DNA of 64,000 bases from a virus (IMGVR_UViG_3300037400_002919:4424-68423); one strand, 5' to 3'. Shown: positions 29,666-39,543, counted from the first letter of the stretch. Translations and numbers: made by a program. Notes: generated from the letters alone by a model not told the origin.

Positions 29666-30235
29666 GTGCAGAATTTAAAAGATTTTTGGGATAGCCATTG
29701 GCGTTTTATACTCTTGGCTGTCCTCTGCATAGAAACTTTTATAGCTGGCTGGTATTCCTGCAAGGAGTTTAACGCCAACTACGTGGAAGTTACTGTGGAA
29801 AAGGAAATTGTTAAGGAAATTCCTGTTGAAATCCCTGTCGAAGTTAAGGGCGAAACTGAAATTGTTTATGTTGAAAAAGAAAGCCCTGATGATTCTGACG
29901 TATCTATAACAGCCGAAAAGCCGACTATTAAAATGGACTACAATGGTGAACAGTATGAGTTTGAGACGTTATCGAATGAAACACAGAAATTTGATAAGGG
30001 CAAGCTGGATATAAAAACAAGCTCTACAACCACGTTAGATGTTACCCCTATTGTGGACAGGGAAGTAACTCTGGCGGTAGAAAATAAAGAATTAGAAATG
30101 AATAAGCAGTTCGAGGAAGAAGTCAAGGAAATGGAAATTAAGGCTGATAAAGATAAAGGCAAGGCGAAGAAGCATGGCTTCTGGACAGGAGTAGGAACTG
30201 CTCTCGGAACAGGATTGTTGATATTAGCGTTATGA
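29666..30235 (+). CDS. Candidate spanin / outer-membrane lysis protein
   Basis: N-terminal and C-terminal hydrophobic segments flank a charged extended domain; last gene of the lysis block. Confidence 0.4.
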   Translation: MQNLKDFWDSHWRFILLAVLCIETFIAGWYSCKEFNANYVEVTVEKEIVKEIPVEIPVEVKGETEIVYVEKESPDDSDVSITAEKPTIKMDYNGEQYEFETLSNETQKFDKGKLDIKTSSTTTLDVTPIVDREVTLAVENKELEMNKQFEEEVKEMEIKADKDKGKAKKHGFWTGVGTALGTGLLILAL

Positions 30236-30664
30236 GTAAGTATTATAAAGAACTCGGCATTGACGAAGAAAAACTGAGAAAAGATTTTCAGAAAATTCGC
30301 CAGAACCATCCAGATGCTTGGGTTTATCTCAGAGAAATGGCAGATATTTGCCCACCGCCATATTATGAATACAAGATTGACGATGTAGATAATATTTGCT
30401 GGCAGGGTTGCAGAATATGCTGGGAGAACTATCTGAAAGGAAAAAACAATGGAAGCAACTAAATACTACAAGCTCTGCATGAAACTTTGCGATAAGGTCG
30501 GTGGAATTAAAGACGAAACTAGATGCAAGTTATGCCCATTGTTTAACCTTAGTTGCGGATTCTACTTTGATAGTATGAAATATCCTGAGATAAAGGAAAC
30601 TGTAAAAAAAGTCAAGAAGGTTCTTAAATCTGTTTTCCCTCATAAGTTCGGGAGGAAGAATTGA
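30232..30664 (+). CDS. Two small Cys-containing hypothetical proteins (30232-30462; 30449-30664)
   Basis: Overlapping start/stop coupling, SD sites. Confidence 0.55.
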
Positions 30665-31347
30665 AGTTATTACTTGGAAACTGTTTCGATTTGATAAAAC
30701 AAATTCCTGATAACAGCGTAGATTTTATCTTAACGGACATTCCTTATCTCATATCCAAGAACAATAACATAAAGACTATGGCTGACAGAAAAGGCAGAAA
30801 CGGTTTGGACTTCGGGAGCTGGGACTATTCCTTTGATATTAGCTCCCTTAGTTCCCTTGTTCCGAAACTGAAAAAAGATGGTAGTTTACTTACTTTTCAC
30901 TCCTTTGAACAGTATAGTCAATTACAGGACGTTTTAGGTTCAGATATGATTTTTAAGGACAAAATAATTTGGGAAAAGACAAACCCAATGCCTAGAAATA
31001 GAGACAGACGTTACATATCAAATATTGAAATAGCAAGTTGGTATGTAAAACCTAAATCAAAATGGATTTTTAACAGGCAGAATAGTAGCTATGACGGCAG
31101 CGTATACAGGTTTCCTTCTGAGAGTGGTGGCGGTTTTAAGCGTTACCATCCATGTCAAAAGAATTTAAAGCTAATCGAAACTTTAATTATGAGACATACC
31201 AATGAGGGCGATACTGTCTTTGACCCTTTTATGGGAAGCGGAACTGTCGGGGTGGCTTGTAAAAACACGAACAGGCATTTCATAGGAATAGAGCTTAACG
31301 AAAAATATTTTGAAATAGCGAAACAAAGAATAATGGAGGACATTTGA
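30661..31347 (+). CDS. DNA amino-methyltransferase (N6-A/N4-C, beta class)
   Basis: Motif IV TDIPY near the N-terminus, HPCQK, motif I FDPFMGSGT near the C-terminus. Confidence 0.9.
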   Translation: MKLLLGNCFDLIKQIPDNSVDFILTDIPYLISKNNNIKTMADRKGRNGLDFGSWDYSFDISSLSSLVPKLKKDGSLLTFHSFEQYSQLQDVLGSDMIFKDKIIWEKTNPMPRNRDRRYISNIEIASWYVKPKSKWIFNRQNSSYDGSVYRFPSESGGGFKRYHPCQKNLKLIETLIMRHTNEGDTVFDPFMGSGTVGVACKNTNRHFIGIELNEKYFEIAKQRIMEDI

Positions 31348-32684
31348 TAAGATTATTAAGTTTATTTAGTGGAATTGGAGCTTTTGAAAAGGCATTAGAA
31401 CGTATTGGTATGCCTTACGAGTTAGTAAATTATTGCGAAATTGATAAATTTGCAAGCAAATCATACTCCTTAGTCCACAATGTTCCAGAGGAACTAAATT
31501 TAGGTGACATTAGCAAGGTTGACGAAAACTCCTTGCCAGATTTTGACCTTCTTACGTACGGATTCCCTTGTCAGGATATTTCGCTCGCAGGGAAACAGAA
31601 GGGTATCGTAAAAGGAGAAACTAGAAGTGGTTTGCTGTTTGAAGCGTTGCGTATTATAAAGGCTAAAAAGCCTAAATATGCTATTGCAGAAAACGTAAAA
31701 AACTTGGTCGGAAAGAAGTTTAAAGCCGACTTTGACAGCTTCTTGAAAACCCTTGATGATATGGGGTACAACTCTTATTGGAAGGTATTGAATGCTAAGG
31801 ACTATGGCATACCGCAAAATAGAGAGAGGGTGTTCGTTATATCTATCCGCAAAGATATAGATGATGGCACATTTAAGTTTCCTGAAAAGTTCCCACTGAA
31901 ACTCAGACTGAAAGATATACTTGAAGATAAAGTCGATGGAAAATACTCCTTGTCAGACAAAACAATAAAGGGAATCCAGAACACCTCTTATATCAGCAGA
32001 CAGAGACTTTTGCAAAAGAAGGATGTCTGCGACACACTCTGTGCTAGGGATTACAAAGAGCCTAAATGCGTAGAAGTTCCTATTCGTCTCGGTAATATTT
32101 ATAATGAAAAATGGGGGACTGGTTACGGAGGAAACGTGTATTCCCAAAAGGGGTTAAGTCCTACCCTTAATACAATGCAGGGAGGCGGCAGAGAACCTAT
32201 GATTCCTATTGACGAGTTAAACCCAAACCCTCGTATTCGTAAACTTACCCCTAAAGAGTGTTGGCGACTAATGGGTTTTGGTGACTCCTTAAAAATGAAA
32301 GATATTCTTAAATCAGATGCAGAATTAATTCTTATCCCTGTAAATTGTGTTGGTGTGATGGGAGCTGGTCTGGCGAAGCAATTCAAAGAAAAGTTCCCTC
32401 GCCTATACTCTCAATACAGGAAGTTATGTGAACTAAATGCCATTGATGTTGGCAAAGAGCCTATTGTTCTTTCTGACAAATGGTGTATGTTCCCTACTAA
32501 AAAACATTGGAAAAATCCCTCTAAACTTGAATATATCGAATCGGGACTAAAGAAGTTGTCTGAAACAAATTACAAATCCATAGCTGTCCCAAAACTAGGG
32601 TGTGGATGCGGAGGGTTAAACTGGAATGACGTTAAACAGTTAGTGATTAAATACTTAGGAAGAAGGGCTATTATATATGCTTAA
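31344..32684 (+). CDS. C5-cytosine DNA methyltransferase (motifs I-IX) fused to a DarG/Poa1-like macrodomain
   Basis: LSLFSGIG, YGFPCQ, ENV, QNRERVF, RKLTPKECWRL, then directly KDIL..DA...IPVNCVGVMGAGLAKQFK ... FPTKKHWK ... SIAVPKLGCGCGGLNW. Confidence 0.88.
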   Translation: MIRLLSLFSGIGAFEKALERIGMPYELVNYCEIDKFASKSYSLVHNVPEELNLGDISKVDENSLPDFDLLTYGFPCQDISLAGKQKGIVKGETRSGLLFEALRIIKAKKPKYAIAENVKNLVGKKFKADFDSFLKTLDDMGYNSYWKVLNAKDYGIPQNRERVFVISIRKDIDDGTFKFPEKFPLKLRLKDILEDKVDGKYSLSDKTIKGIQNTSYISRQRLLQKKDVCDTLCARDYKEPKCVEVPIRLGNIYNEKWGTGYGGNVYSQKGLSPTLNTMQGGGREPMIPIDELNPNPRIRKLTPKECWRLMGFGDSLKMKDILKSDAELILIPVNCVGVMGAGLAKQFKEKFPRLYSQYRKLCELNAIDVGKEPIVLSDKWCMFPTKKHWKNPSKLEYIESGLKKLSETNYKSIAVPKLGCGCGGLNWNDVKQLVIKYLGRRAIIYA

Positions 32685-33359
32685 TGTAGTGCAATTTAGC
32701 GGAGGAAAAGACAGTACCGCCATGCTACTTATGATGTTAGAGAAGAATATGCCAATTGATGATATTATTTTTTGCGATACAGGTAAGGAATTTCCTCAGA
32801 TATATGAACATATTGAAAAGGTGAATAAGTACATTGGGGGGGTATAACTGTCCTTCAGGCAGAGAAAACCTACGATTATTATATGTTCGACCATGTAAAA
32901 ACTAGAGGTAAGAACAAAGGGAAGAAAGGATATGGATGGGCTGATATGAGATGCAGGTGGTGTACATCTTATCTGAAGCAGATTCCACAGAAAAAGTACA
33001 TGAAGGGAAAAGATTATTTATCCTACATTGGGATAGCTTATGACGAGCCTAAGAGACATCAAAATCTTCCTGACAATGTTATACATCCTCTTTTTGACTG
33101 GAAAATAACAGAGAAAATGGCATTAGAATATTGCTATGAGAAAGGTTTTGATTGGGGTGGACTTTATGAGCATTTCGACAGATTATCGTGTTGGTGTTGC
33201 CCTTTAAAAAATAACAAAGAACTTGAAATAATCTACAAGAATTTTCCAGAGTTATGGCAAGAATTAAAAGACATGGATAAAAGAGCATACAATGATTTTA
33301 AAGGTAAAGGCATTGAATATTACGAAAATAAAATTGTTTCTAAGCTGAGACATCACTAA
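32677..33359 (+). pseudogene. PAPS-reductase-family protein split by a frameshift at a G7 tract
   Basis: ATG 32677 gives MLNVVQFSGGKDS...DTGKEFP, stop at 32845-32847; the 32883 frame (RWCT.YLK, IGIAYDE.KR, RLSCWCCP) is open back to the G run at 32836-32842; G8 would fuse them. Confidence 0.85.
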
Positions 33360-33374
33360 TAAAAGAAAGGGAGA

Positions 33375-33602
33375 ATGTTTATGAATGATTACGAAAAGAT
33401 AGCAGACAATGTAATTCAGAAGAAAAGAAGAAAGGAGGTTAAAGTGTTGATGGCGTTAAATGTTATCGTAACAATTCTTGGTTTTTACAATCTTACCAGA
33501 GGGGATTGGTTTTTCGATATTCTTGGCGGCTTTATGGTGGTAAGTGGACTGGTCGGTCTGGGTTGTAACCTCAAATTTTTAGAGGAGGAAAACAATGACT
33601 GA
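33375..33602 (+). CDS. Small membrane protein
   Basis: Two hydrophobic segments, SD AAGGGAG. Confidence 0.55.
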   Translation: MFMNDYEKIADNVIQKKRRKEVKVLMALNVIVTILGFYNLTRGDWFFDILGGFMVVSGLVGLGCNLKFLEEENND

Positions 33603-34218
33603 TTGCTTAGTTAAGCAGTATTGTTCTACCGTTGAGAAGAAGAAAGGAGTTTGCCGTACTTGCAAAGAGTACAATAAGTTTAATAAAAAGAACTCTAAAT
33701 CAGCGGTGGCTATCGGCAGAAGCAATAAAAGAAAGGGAAAGAAAAGTGAAAAGAAGCTACTTCTTCATTTTCAGAGACAGAATCTTGAAGCTCGTATCAT
33801 TGAGGGCTCAGGGTGTCTTAAAAAGATTAAAGCTGATGCTGATGCGGATTTAAGAGTTGTAATTAACGGCAAGGAGCGAAAGGTAGAGAACAAAAAGAGG
33901 ACTTCTTTTGAGCGTATTCGCAAACTGATAAACTCAGATAAAATTCTTTATATTACTGGTTTCTGCTACGTAATGAATGAGAATATCTTTTATGATATTA
34001 TTTCTTCTTTTAACGGGAAAGTAGAGCCGTTGTTAAACGGGAATATCGTCTCTACTGACAGGAATAACTATCCGATTCGAGAAGTATCTGACAGAAATTA
34101 CGGAGAACTTCATAAGTTCTTCTTACAGGATAACGCTGATATTGTGAGCTTAGATGAAAGCTACAAAGACTTCATGTTTGCATTAAAGCCTAGTCTTTTT
34201 AAGGAGGTCGTGGAATGA
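33595..34218 (+). CDS. PD-(D/E)XK nuclease, possible Holliday-junction resolvase
   Basis: N-terminal Cys cluster; G..SEK.L ... GSG ... AD ... VENK pattern. Confidence 0.45.
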   Translation: MTDCLVKQYCSTVEKKKGVCRTCKEYNKFNKKNSKSAVAIGRSNKRKGKKSEKKLLLHFQRQNLEARIIEGSGCLKKIKADADADLRVVINGKERKVENKKRTSFERIRKLINSDKILYITGFCYVMNENIFYDIISSFNGKVEPLLNGNIVSTDRNNYPIREVSDRNYGELHKFFLQDNADIVSLDESYKDFMFALKPSLFKEVVE

Positions 34219-34258
34219 ATAGTGTAGATATTGTTTTTTGGAGTGAGGATAACAAGTA

Positions 34259-35470
34259 GTGTTTATTGGTTTACACAGGCATTCTCATTATAGCAAACGT
34301 GATGGTATCGCTAAAATCCCTGATATTATCAAGAGAGTCGATGAATTAGGTCAGTCAGCATGGGCTTTGACAGACCACGGAACGACTAGCGGACTGTTGG
34401 AAGCATATAAAGAAACCCAGAAATACAACAAGGCTCATGGGACTAACATAAAATTCATTTTCGGCTGTGAAGTTTACTGGATTCCTAATTATTGCATAAA
34501 AGACAGAAAGGCTTCTTGCCACTTGCTTCTTTTGGCAAAGAACGAGACAGGTTACAAAAATCTTTTAAAACTTGTTACAATCGGGTACGGAAACAAGGGA
34601 AAATCCCCTGATAATTATTTCTACACAATGAGACTGACAACGAAGGATATTCAGAAACATTCAGAGGGCATTATTGTTACTTCTGCTTGCATGGGTGGCA
34701 TCTTAAATCCAGTCGATTTTGATGGAAATTGGGATGATGAATTAGCCTTTGAAAGAGCGGAAAACTTCCAGAGTATTTTTGGAGATAACTTCTTTCTCGA
34801 AGTGCAGACAGGAACAAGTCCTGAACAGATTGAATACAATAAAAACATTGTGTTCATCGGGGAAAAACTAGGCATTCCAATTATCGTTACAGAGGATTCT
34901 CATTATGTCCATAAAGAAGATGCTGACGTTCATCGTAAGTGGCTTGGTCTTGATGATGATTCAGAGTATTACTCCACTGACGACTTTTATATTCACAGCG
35001 AAGAAGAAGTCCTTGAAAAGATTAAATATCTCAAAGATGCACAGAAATTTATTGACAATACAAAGATTATTGCTGATTCTTGCGATGTGGTTCATATTCA
35101 GTTCGGAGGAAAGAACTTCCCTGAACTAAAATTGGACGAGCCTGTCCTCGATAAAGTCTGTAAAATTGTATCAAAAGGCTGGAATAATAAAATCGTTGGT
35201 AAAGTCCCAGAAGAAAAATATCCCATATATAAAAAGCAGATTTCCCATGAGTTAGAAGTCTTGGCTAAATGCGATTACCTCACTTACTTTTTGATGAACG
35301 TAGACTTTTTGGAGTGGGCTAGAGAGAACGGTATACGAACAGGCATCGGCAGAGGTAGCGTAGGCGGTAGCCTGATTGCTTATCTCATGGATTTAACTAG
35401 AATAGACCCGATTAAGTACGGTCTGATTTTTGAAAGATTTGCTCACACGCAGAGAGTATCATTACCAGAT
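34259..35470 (+). CDS. dnaE: DNA polymerase III alpha subunit, exon 1 (PHP domain to active-site PD)
   Basis: LHRHSHYS.RDG, ALTDHGT, GCEVY, DSHY, GIGRGSVGGSL, LIFERF ... RVSLPD. Confidence 0.93.
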
Positions 35471-36303
35471 TAACAACATAGTCCGAGCGATATAGAAATA
35501 TACGACTCGTTTCCTGTGAACCACGATTACAAGTGGGTGTAGCTACATTGTAGCTGCTAACGGTAGAAGTTAAATAAGACTGGTGGTATGACAATTACCA
35601 TCTTTACCCAAAGGCGAATACGCTTCGTAAGAGAACCTACGGTCTTTCGCAAGATAGCAGGCAATACCGTGCTAAGACAATTTTATTACCTCCTAATGAG
35701 GGGGTGTTATTATTTACAAAAAAATCAAAGGATATGAAGATTACGGAGTTTCAAAAGATGGAAGAATATATTCTTTTAAATCAAACAAAGAACTTGCAAA
35801 ATCAACAACTACAAGAAGTCCTTATCTTCATGTCGATATTAGTGTAAATGGGGTTAGAAAACATTTACAAGTTCATAGGCTAGTTGCCATGACTTATATC
35901 CCTAATCCCAGAAATTTACCAGAGGTAGACCACATAGACAGAAATGTTTTAAACAATAATGTTTCTAATCTTCGGTGGGCGACTAGAAAAGATAATCTAC
36001 TAAATACAGAAATTAAATTTAGGCGAAATTTAAGGCGTTGCAAATTGTATCATAACAACCAATTTGTAAGAGAGTTTGATTGTGTTCATCAGGCGGCATT
36101 ATTCGCAAAAGAAAAATTCGGAGCTTCTCTAAGTTCTATGGAGAAATGGTATTCTAGTAGAGGTAGTAAAATTGTAAAGTGTAACGACTAACCCAGTGGT
36201 GGGTGTAGGGAGGATAATGTTACCTCTCGAAGTGCAGGATTCCTAAGTCAAAAGATATGGAAAAGAGATAGTCTAGTCCTTATGGAAACATAAGGTAGTA
36301 ACG
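35471..36303 (+). ncRNA. Group I intron in dnaE (833 nt)
   Basis: Exon ends in U and intron ends in G; P4 CGGTA 35561-65/TACCG 35665-69; P7 GACTA 36186-90/TAGTC 36269-73 inside AAGAGATAGTC; P9 CCTTATG-GAAA-CATAAGG 36278-95; splicing restores SLPD|VDTDV in frame. Confidence 0.9.
35712..36191 (+). CDS. Intron-encoded NUMOD4-HNH homing endonuclease
   Basis: Frame open from 35700: IKGYEDYGVSKDGRIYS ... VHRLVA ... VDHIDRN..NN.V.NLRW; no ATG/GTG/TTG before 35889, so a likely ATT start at 35709 or 35712. Confidence 0.85.
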   Translation: MYKKIKGYEDYGVSKDGRIYSFKSNKELAKSTTTRSPYLHVDISVNGVRKHLQVHRLVAMTYIPNPRNLPEVDHIDRNVLNNNVSNLRWATRKDNLLNTEIKFRRNLRRCKLYHNNQFVREFDCVHQAALFAKEKFGASLSSMEKWYSSRGSKIVKCND

Positions 36304-38148
36304 GTTGACACGGATGTCCCAAACACAAGAAGAAATGACGTTATAAACTATCTGGTCGAAAAGTATGGAGAAGTTTATCATGTTAGAACCTTCGGCACTG
36401 TTGCGGAAAAAGCCGCTATACAGAGAGCAGGAAAAGCATTAGGATATTCCCCAGCGGAAGTAAGAGAACTTTCTAAAAAGCATCAGTGCATCGCAACCAT
36501 TCCAGAGGGAGAGTTAAAAGACACGGCAAATGATTTCCTCGGCTTAATACAGTTCTTCGGAGTCCACGCAAGTGCTATAATGTTATTCCCAAGCGACCCT
36601 AACAATTGGTGTGCCATTGAAAAACAGGGCGAAGATTATGTATGCGGATATGAATATCCCGACCTCGAAAAACAGGGACTTTTAAAACTTGATATTCTCG
36701 GTATTAAGACCTTGGATGCCATTCAGAATTGTATTGATATTGCTGGCATTGATATTGATATGGAAAACCTTCCTGACAACGACCATTTGTCTTTTGAAAT
36801 GCTGAGTTGTGGTGACGTTATGGGTTGTTTTCAGGTCGAGAGCAAGGGCATGAGAGAGCTGCTCACTAAGATTAAGCCAGAGAATATTTTCGATTTGATA
36901 CCGCTGGTTGCCTTGTACCGTCCTTCAACTATCCAGAGCGGCATGGTGGATAGCTTCGTGAACAGACGAGCAGGAACAGAAGAAACTACTTATCTTGACC
37001 CAAAGATAATTCCCTCTTTGCAAGATACTTACGGAGTTCTTCTCTATCAAGAACAAGCGATGAAGATTGTACAGGACGTAGCAGGATATGACCTTGGAAC
37101 AGCAGATATGTTTAGACGAGCTATCGGACACAAAGTTCCAGAGGAAATGGCTATCCTGATTCCTAAGTTTGTTAAAGATAGCGTGGAGCGTGGTCTTGAC
37201 GAAGAAGTTGCAAACAAGCTGGCGGAATGGCTTACAAATTGTGCTAGTTACCAGTTTAACAAATCTCATAGTGCTAGTTACGGCTATACTTGCTACGAGA
37301 CGGCTTATTTAAAGGCTCATTATCTGCCTGAGTATATCTGTGGTTATCTTAATGCTTATTCTGACGACAAGCAGGAAAATTTGATACCTTACATCGAGGA
37401 TGCTAAAAGGCATGGAGTTAAGATTCTCCCTCCTGATGCACGTAAGAGTCTTGATTGGACTATCGAAAATGCTGACGGAGAAATTGCGATTCGAGTAGGA
37501 GTATCATACATTCATGGAGTTGGCAAGATTGAGTTGCCAGTAACCAGAGAGAATTTGTTTAAGCTGAACAAAAATAAGGCTGAGAATCTTATCAAAGCTG
37601 GTGCTGTCGATTACCTCGGAGACAGGAAGGAACTCCTTAAAGAGCTGTATACGTCTGGGGAAATAGCAAGACTGGAGAAGCAATTAGAAAGAGCGGAAAA
37701 CTTTAGACAGCAGAATTTAGAACGCTACAACAACGCTAAAGAGGGAACTAAAAAGAAAGCCGAAGCGTATGAAAAGATGTTGAAGTATTCCGAGCAGAAG
37801 TATGACATTGAAACAAAGATAAAAGAATTGAATAATTTTGATGAAGGGTTCGATAAGTCTACGGCAGAAACAGAGGTTCTGGGATTCACCTTTGTTGACC
37901 CCTTCGATGGGTATGATGTAAATAGCTTCAAAGAGCCGTCAGACAAGACGGAAATAGTGCTTGGACAGGTAGTGAGACTAAAACCTTGGAAGCAAAAGAA
38001 CGGCAAACCTATGTGCTTTTTCACTATTAAATGCCCTAGCGGAAAGACTTACGATATAGTTATGTTTAACAGCGTTTATGTAAATCTTGAACTAAACAAG
38101 GTTTATCGTATGACGATTTGCGGAGACAAGTTTAAAAGAATTTTGTAA
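36304..38148 (+). CDS. dnaE: DNA polymerase III alpha subunit, exon 2
   Basis: Open from 36304 (VDTDVP...), in frame with track ORF 36580; GVHASA, LLKLDILG, GCFQVES, YQEQAM, FNKSHS.SY; C-terminal OB fold. Confidence 0.93.
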   Translation, partial: VDTDVPNTRRNDVINYLVEKYGEVYHVRTFGTVAEKAAIQRAGKALGYSPAEVRELSKKHQCIATIPEGELKDTANDFLGLIQFFGVHASAIMLFPSDPNNWCAIEKQGEDYVCGYEYPDLEKQGLLKLDILGIKTLDAIQNCIDIAGIDIDMENLPDNDHLSFEMLSCGDVMGCFQVESKGMRELLTKIKPENIFDLIPLVALYRPSTIQSGMVDSFVNRRAGTEETTYLDPKIIPSLQDTYGVLLYQEQAMKIVQDVAGYDLGTADMFRRAIGHKVPEEMAILIPKFVKDSVERGLDEEVANKLAEWLTNCASYQFNKSHSASYGYTCYETAYLKAHYLPEYICGYLNAYSDDKQENLIPYIEDAKRHGVKILPPDARKSLDWTIENADGEIAIRVGVSYIHGVGKIELPVTRENLFKLNKNKAENLIKAGAVDYLGDRKELLKELYTSGEIARLEKQLERAENFRQQNLERYNNAKEGTKKKAEAYEKMLKYSEQKYDIETKIKELNNFDEGFDKSTAETEVLGFTFVDPFDGYDVNSFKEPSDKTEIVLGQVVRLKPWKQKNGKPMCFFTIKCPSGKTYDIVMFNSVYVNLELNKVYRMTICGDKFKRIL

Positions 38149-38160
38149 AGGAGTGAAAAT

Positions 38161-38531
38161 ATGACTAACGTAATTAATGCTAAATGCGAAAATGAACATG
38201 AAATTTTGATTCCTACTCACGAGATTATGGCTGGTAGGAACGAGGTTAGACTCCCTGATGGTAATACTGTCTACATTAGCGGAGCTTATTTTGAGAACTG
38301 GTCTGTAAAGCAGATTGGTTTTAAATTTTATGTAGTCATGCCAAAATCCCTGTTTGATGCCATGCTGGAGGAAGCTGCGTGAGATACTACAACGTAGAGC
38401 TTAGGCTAGAGTGTAGTTATTGCGTTCAGGCAAGTTCAGAAGATGAAGCCTACGAAAAGGTTATAGACAGGATTCCTAGTCATTATGAGATTGTTTCAAA
38501 TCACATTGAAATTGCAGAAGAAGAAGATTGA
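38161..38531 (+). CDS. Two small hypothetical proteins (38161-38382; 38379-38531)
   Basis: SD sites and GTGA coupling; the second is 50 aa and acidic. Confidence 0.55.
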
Positions 38532-38534
38532 ATT

Positions 38535-38559
38535 GAAGCCTTTCGGGGCTTCTTTTTTT
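38535..38559 (+). terminator. Intrinsic terminator
   Basis: GAAGCC-tttcg-GGGCTTC followed by a T run. Confidence 0.8.
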
Positions 38560-38567
38560 AAAAGTTA

Positions 38568-38596
38568 TTGCAAAAATTCACGTTTTGTGGTATAGT
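38568..38596 (+). promoter_or_regulatory. Sigma-A-type promoter of the repressor gene
   Basis: TTGCAA-N17-TATAGT with upstream TG. Confidence 0.7.
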
Positions 38597-38628
38597 TTAA
38601 TTAAATTTAAGTAAAGGAGTGATAACTC

Positions 38629-39132
38629 ATGTTATCTAAAGACAATCGCTGTCCCACATCTAAAGTGGCTAACACTCTGGAAGATTACCGCCTTAAACGC
38701 AACCTGAATAAAGCTCAGATGGCAAGGTTGCTTGGATGGACTGCTTCTGCTTACAGCAATCTTTTGAGAAGGAAAGACTCTAGCAGCGAGGTACAGGGAA
38801 ATACTATTGAGAAAATAGCGAAAGCCTTGGAAATCCCTGTGGAGAGCATACTAAACATGGAAACATTTAAAGAAAGACATGAGAGGATTTTAAGTACCCT
38901 TCCTGATTTTATTATCGAATGGCTAGGGACTGCAAACGGTAGAGCGGCAGTATTCCAGCTATACAAAGCTCATTATGAAGCCTTGCAAGAACATGAAAAA
39001 GAACTTATGCTTAACAAGTTGAGAATGAACCCTAACGAAGCTCCTGATGTATGGGAGAACTCTTATGCTGATACTAACCCAAAACTAGAGTACACCGTGG
39101 AAATACATTCTGCCCCCCCCCGTGGACATTGA
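38629..39132 (+). CDS. XRE-family HTH transcriptional repressor
   Basis: LEDYRLKRNLNKAQMARLLGWTASAYSNL ... TIEKIAKALEIPVESIL. Confidence 0.85.
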   Translation: MLSKDNRCPTSKVANTLEDYRLKRNLNKAQMARLLGWTASAYSNLLRRKDSSSEVQGNTIEKIAKALEIPVESILNMETFKERHERILSTLPDFIIEWLGTANGRAAVFQLYKAHYEALQEHEKELMLNKLRMNPNEAPDVWENSYADTNPKLEYTVEIHSAPPRGH

Positions 39133-39146
39133 TATTTTTTAGAAAT

Positions 39147-39188
39147 TAAAAATAGCCCATGACAATTAAGTCGTAGGCTACTTTTTTT
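39147..39188. terminator. Bidirectional terminator between repressor and parR
   Basis: A-run, TAGCC...GGCTA stem, T-run. Confidence 0.65.
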
Positions 39189-39195
39189 GCATATT

Positions 39196-39543
39196 TTACT
39201 GAATAGAAGGGATAATCGGTCTTTTCTTTTTTTCGGGAGAACTTTTTACGACAGGGGGAACAGATTCTTCTTTTCTCTCGATAGGGATGATAGCTGGCTT
39301 AGGAGCAACCTGTACAGGTGATTCTACATCCTCGAACAGCTCTGAAAACAGTTCCTTAGTCTTGTCAAAACCATTTTTGCTAAGGTACATAGAAGCCATT
39401 TCCAGCTTTTTTCTCTTTCCCTCTGGGATAGGGTCTATCATATCCTGCAATATGAGCATTCTAATATACGCTCCTGCGGTCGTCCCCTTAGACGAAATAT
39501 GCTCTTTCAAAACATCGTTGAGGGATATTGTCATAGTTCCCAT
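39196..39543 (-). CDS. parR: ParR-like ribbon-helix-helix adaptor
   Basis: Directly downstream of parM; SD AGGAGG supports ATG 39543; RHH-like N-terminus, unstructured C-terminal tail. Confidence 0.65.
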   Translation of the reverse strand: MGTMTISLNDVLKEHISSKGTTAGAYIRMLILQDMIDPIPEGKRKKLEMASMYLSKNGFDKTKELFSELFEDVESPVQVAPKPAIIPIERKEESVPPVVKSSPEKKKRPIIPSIQ

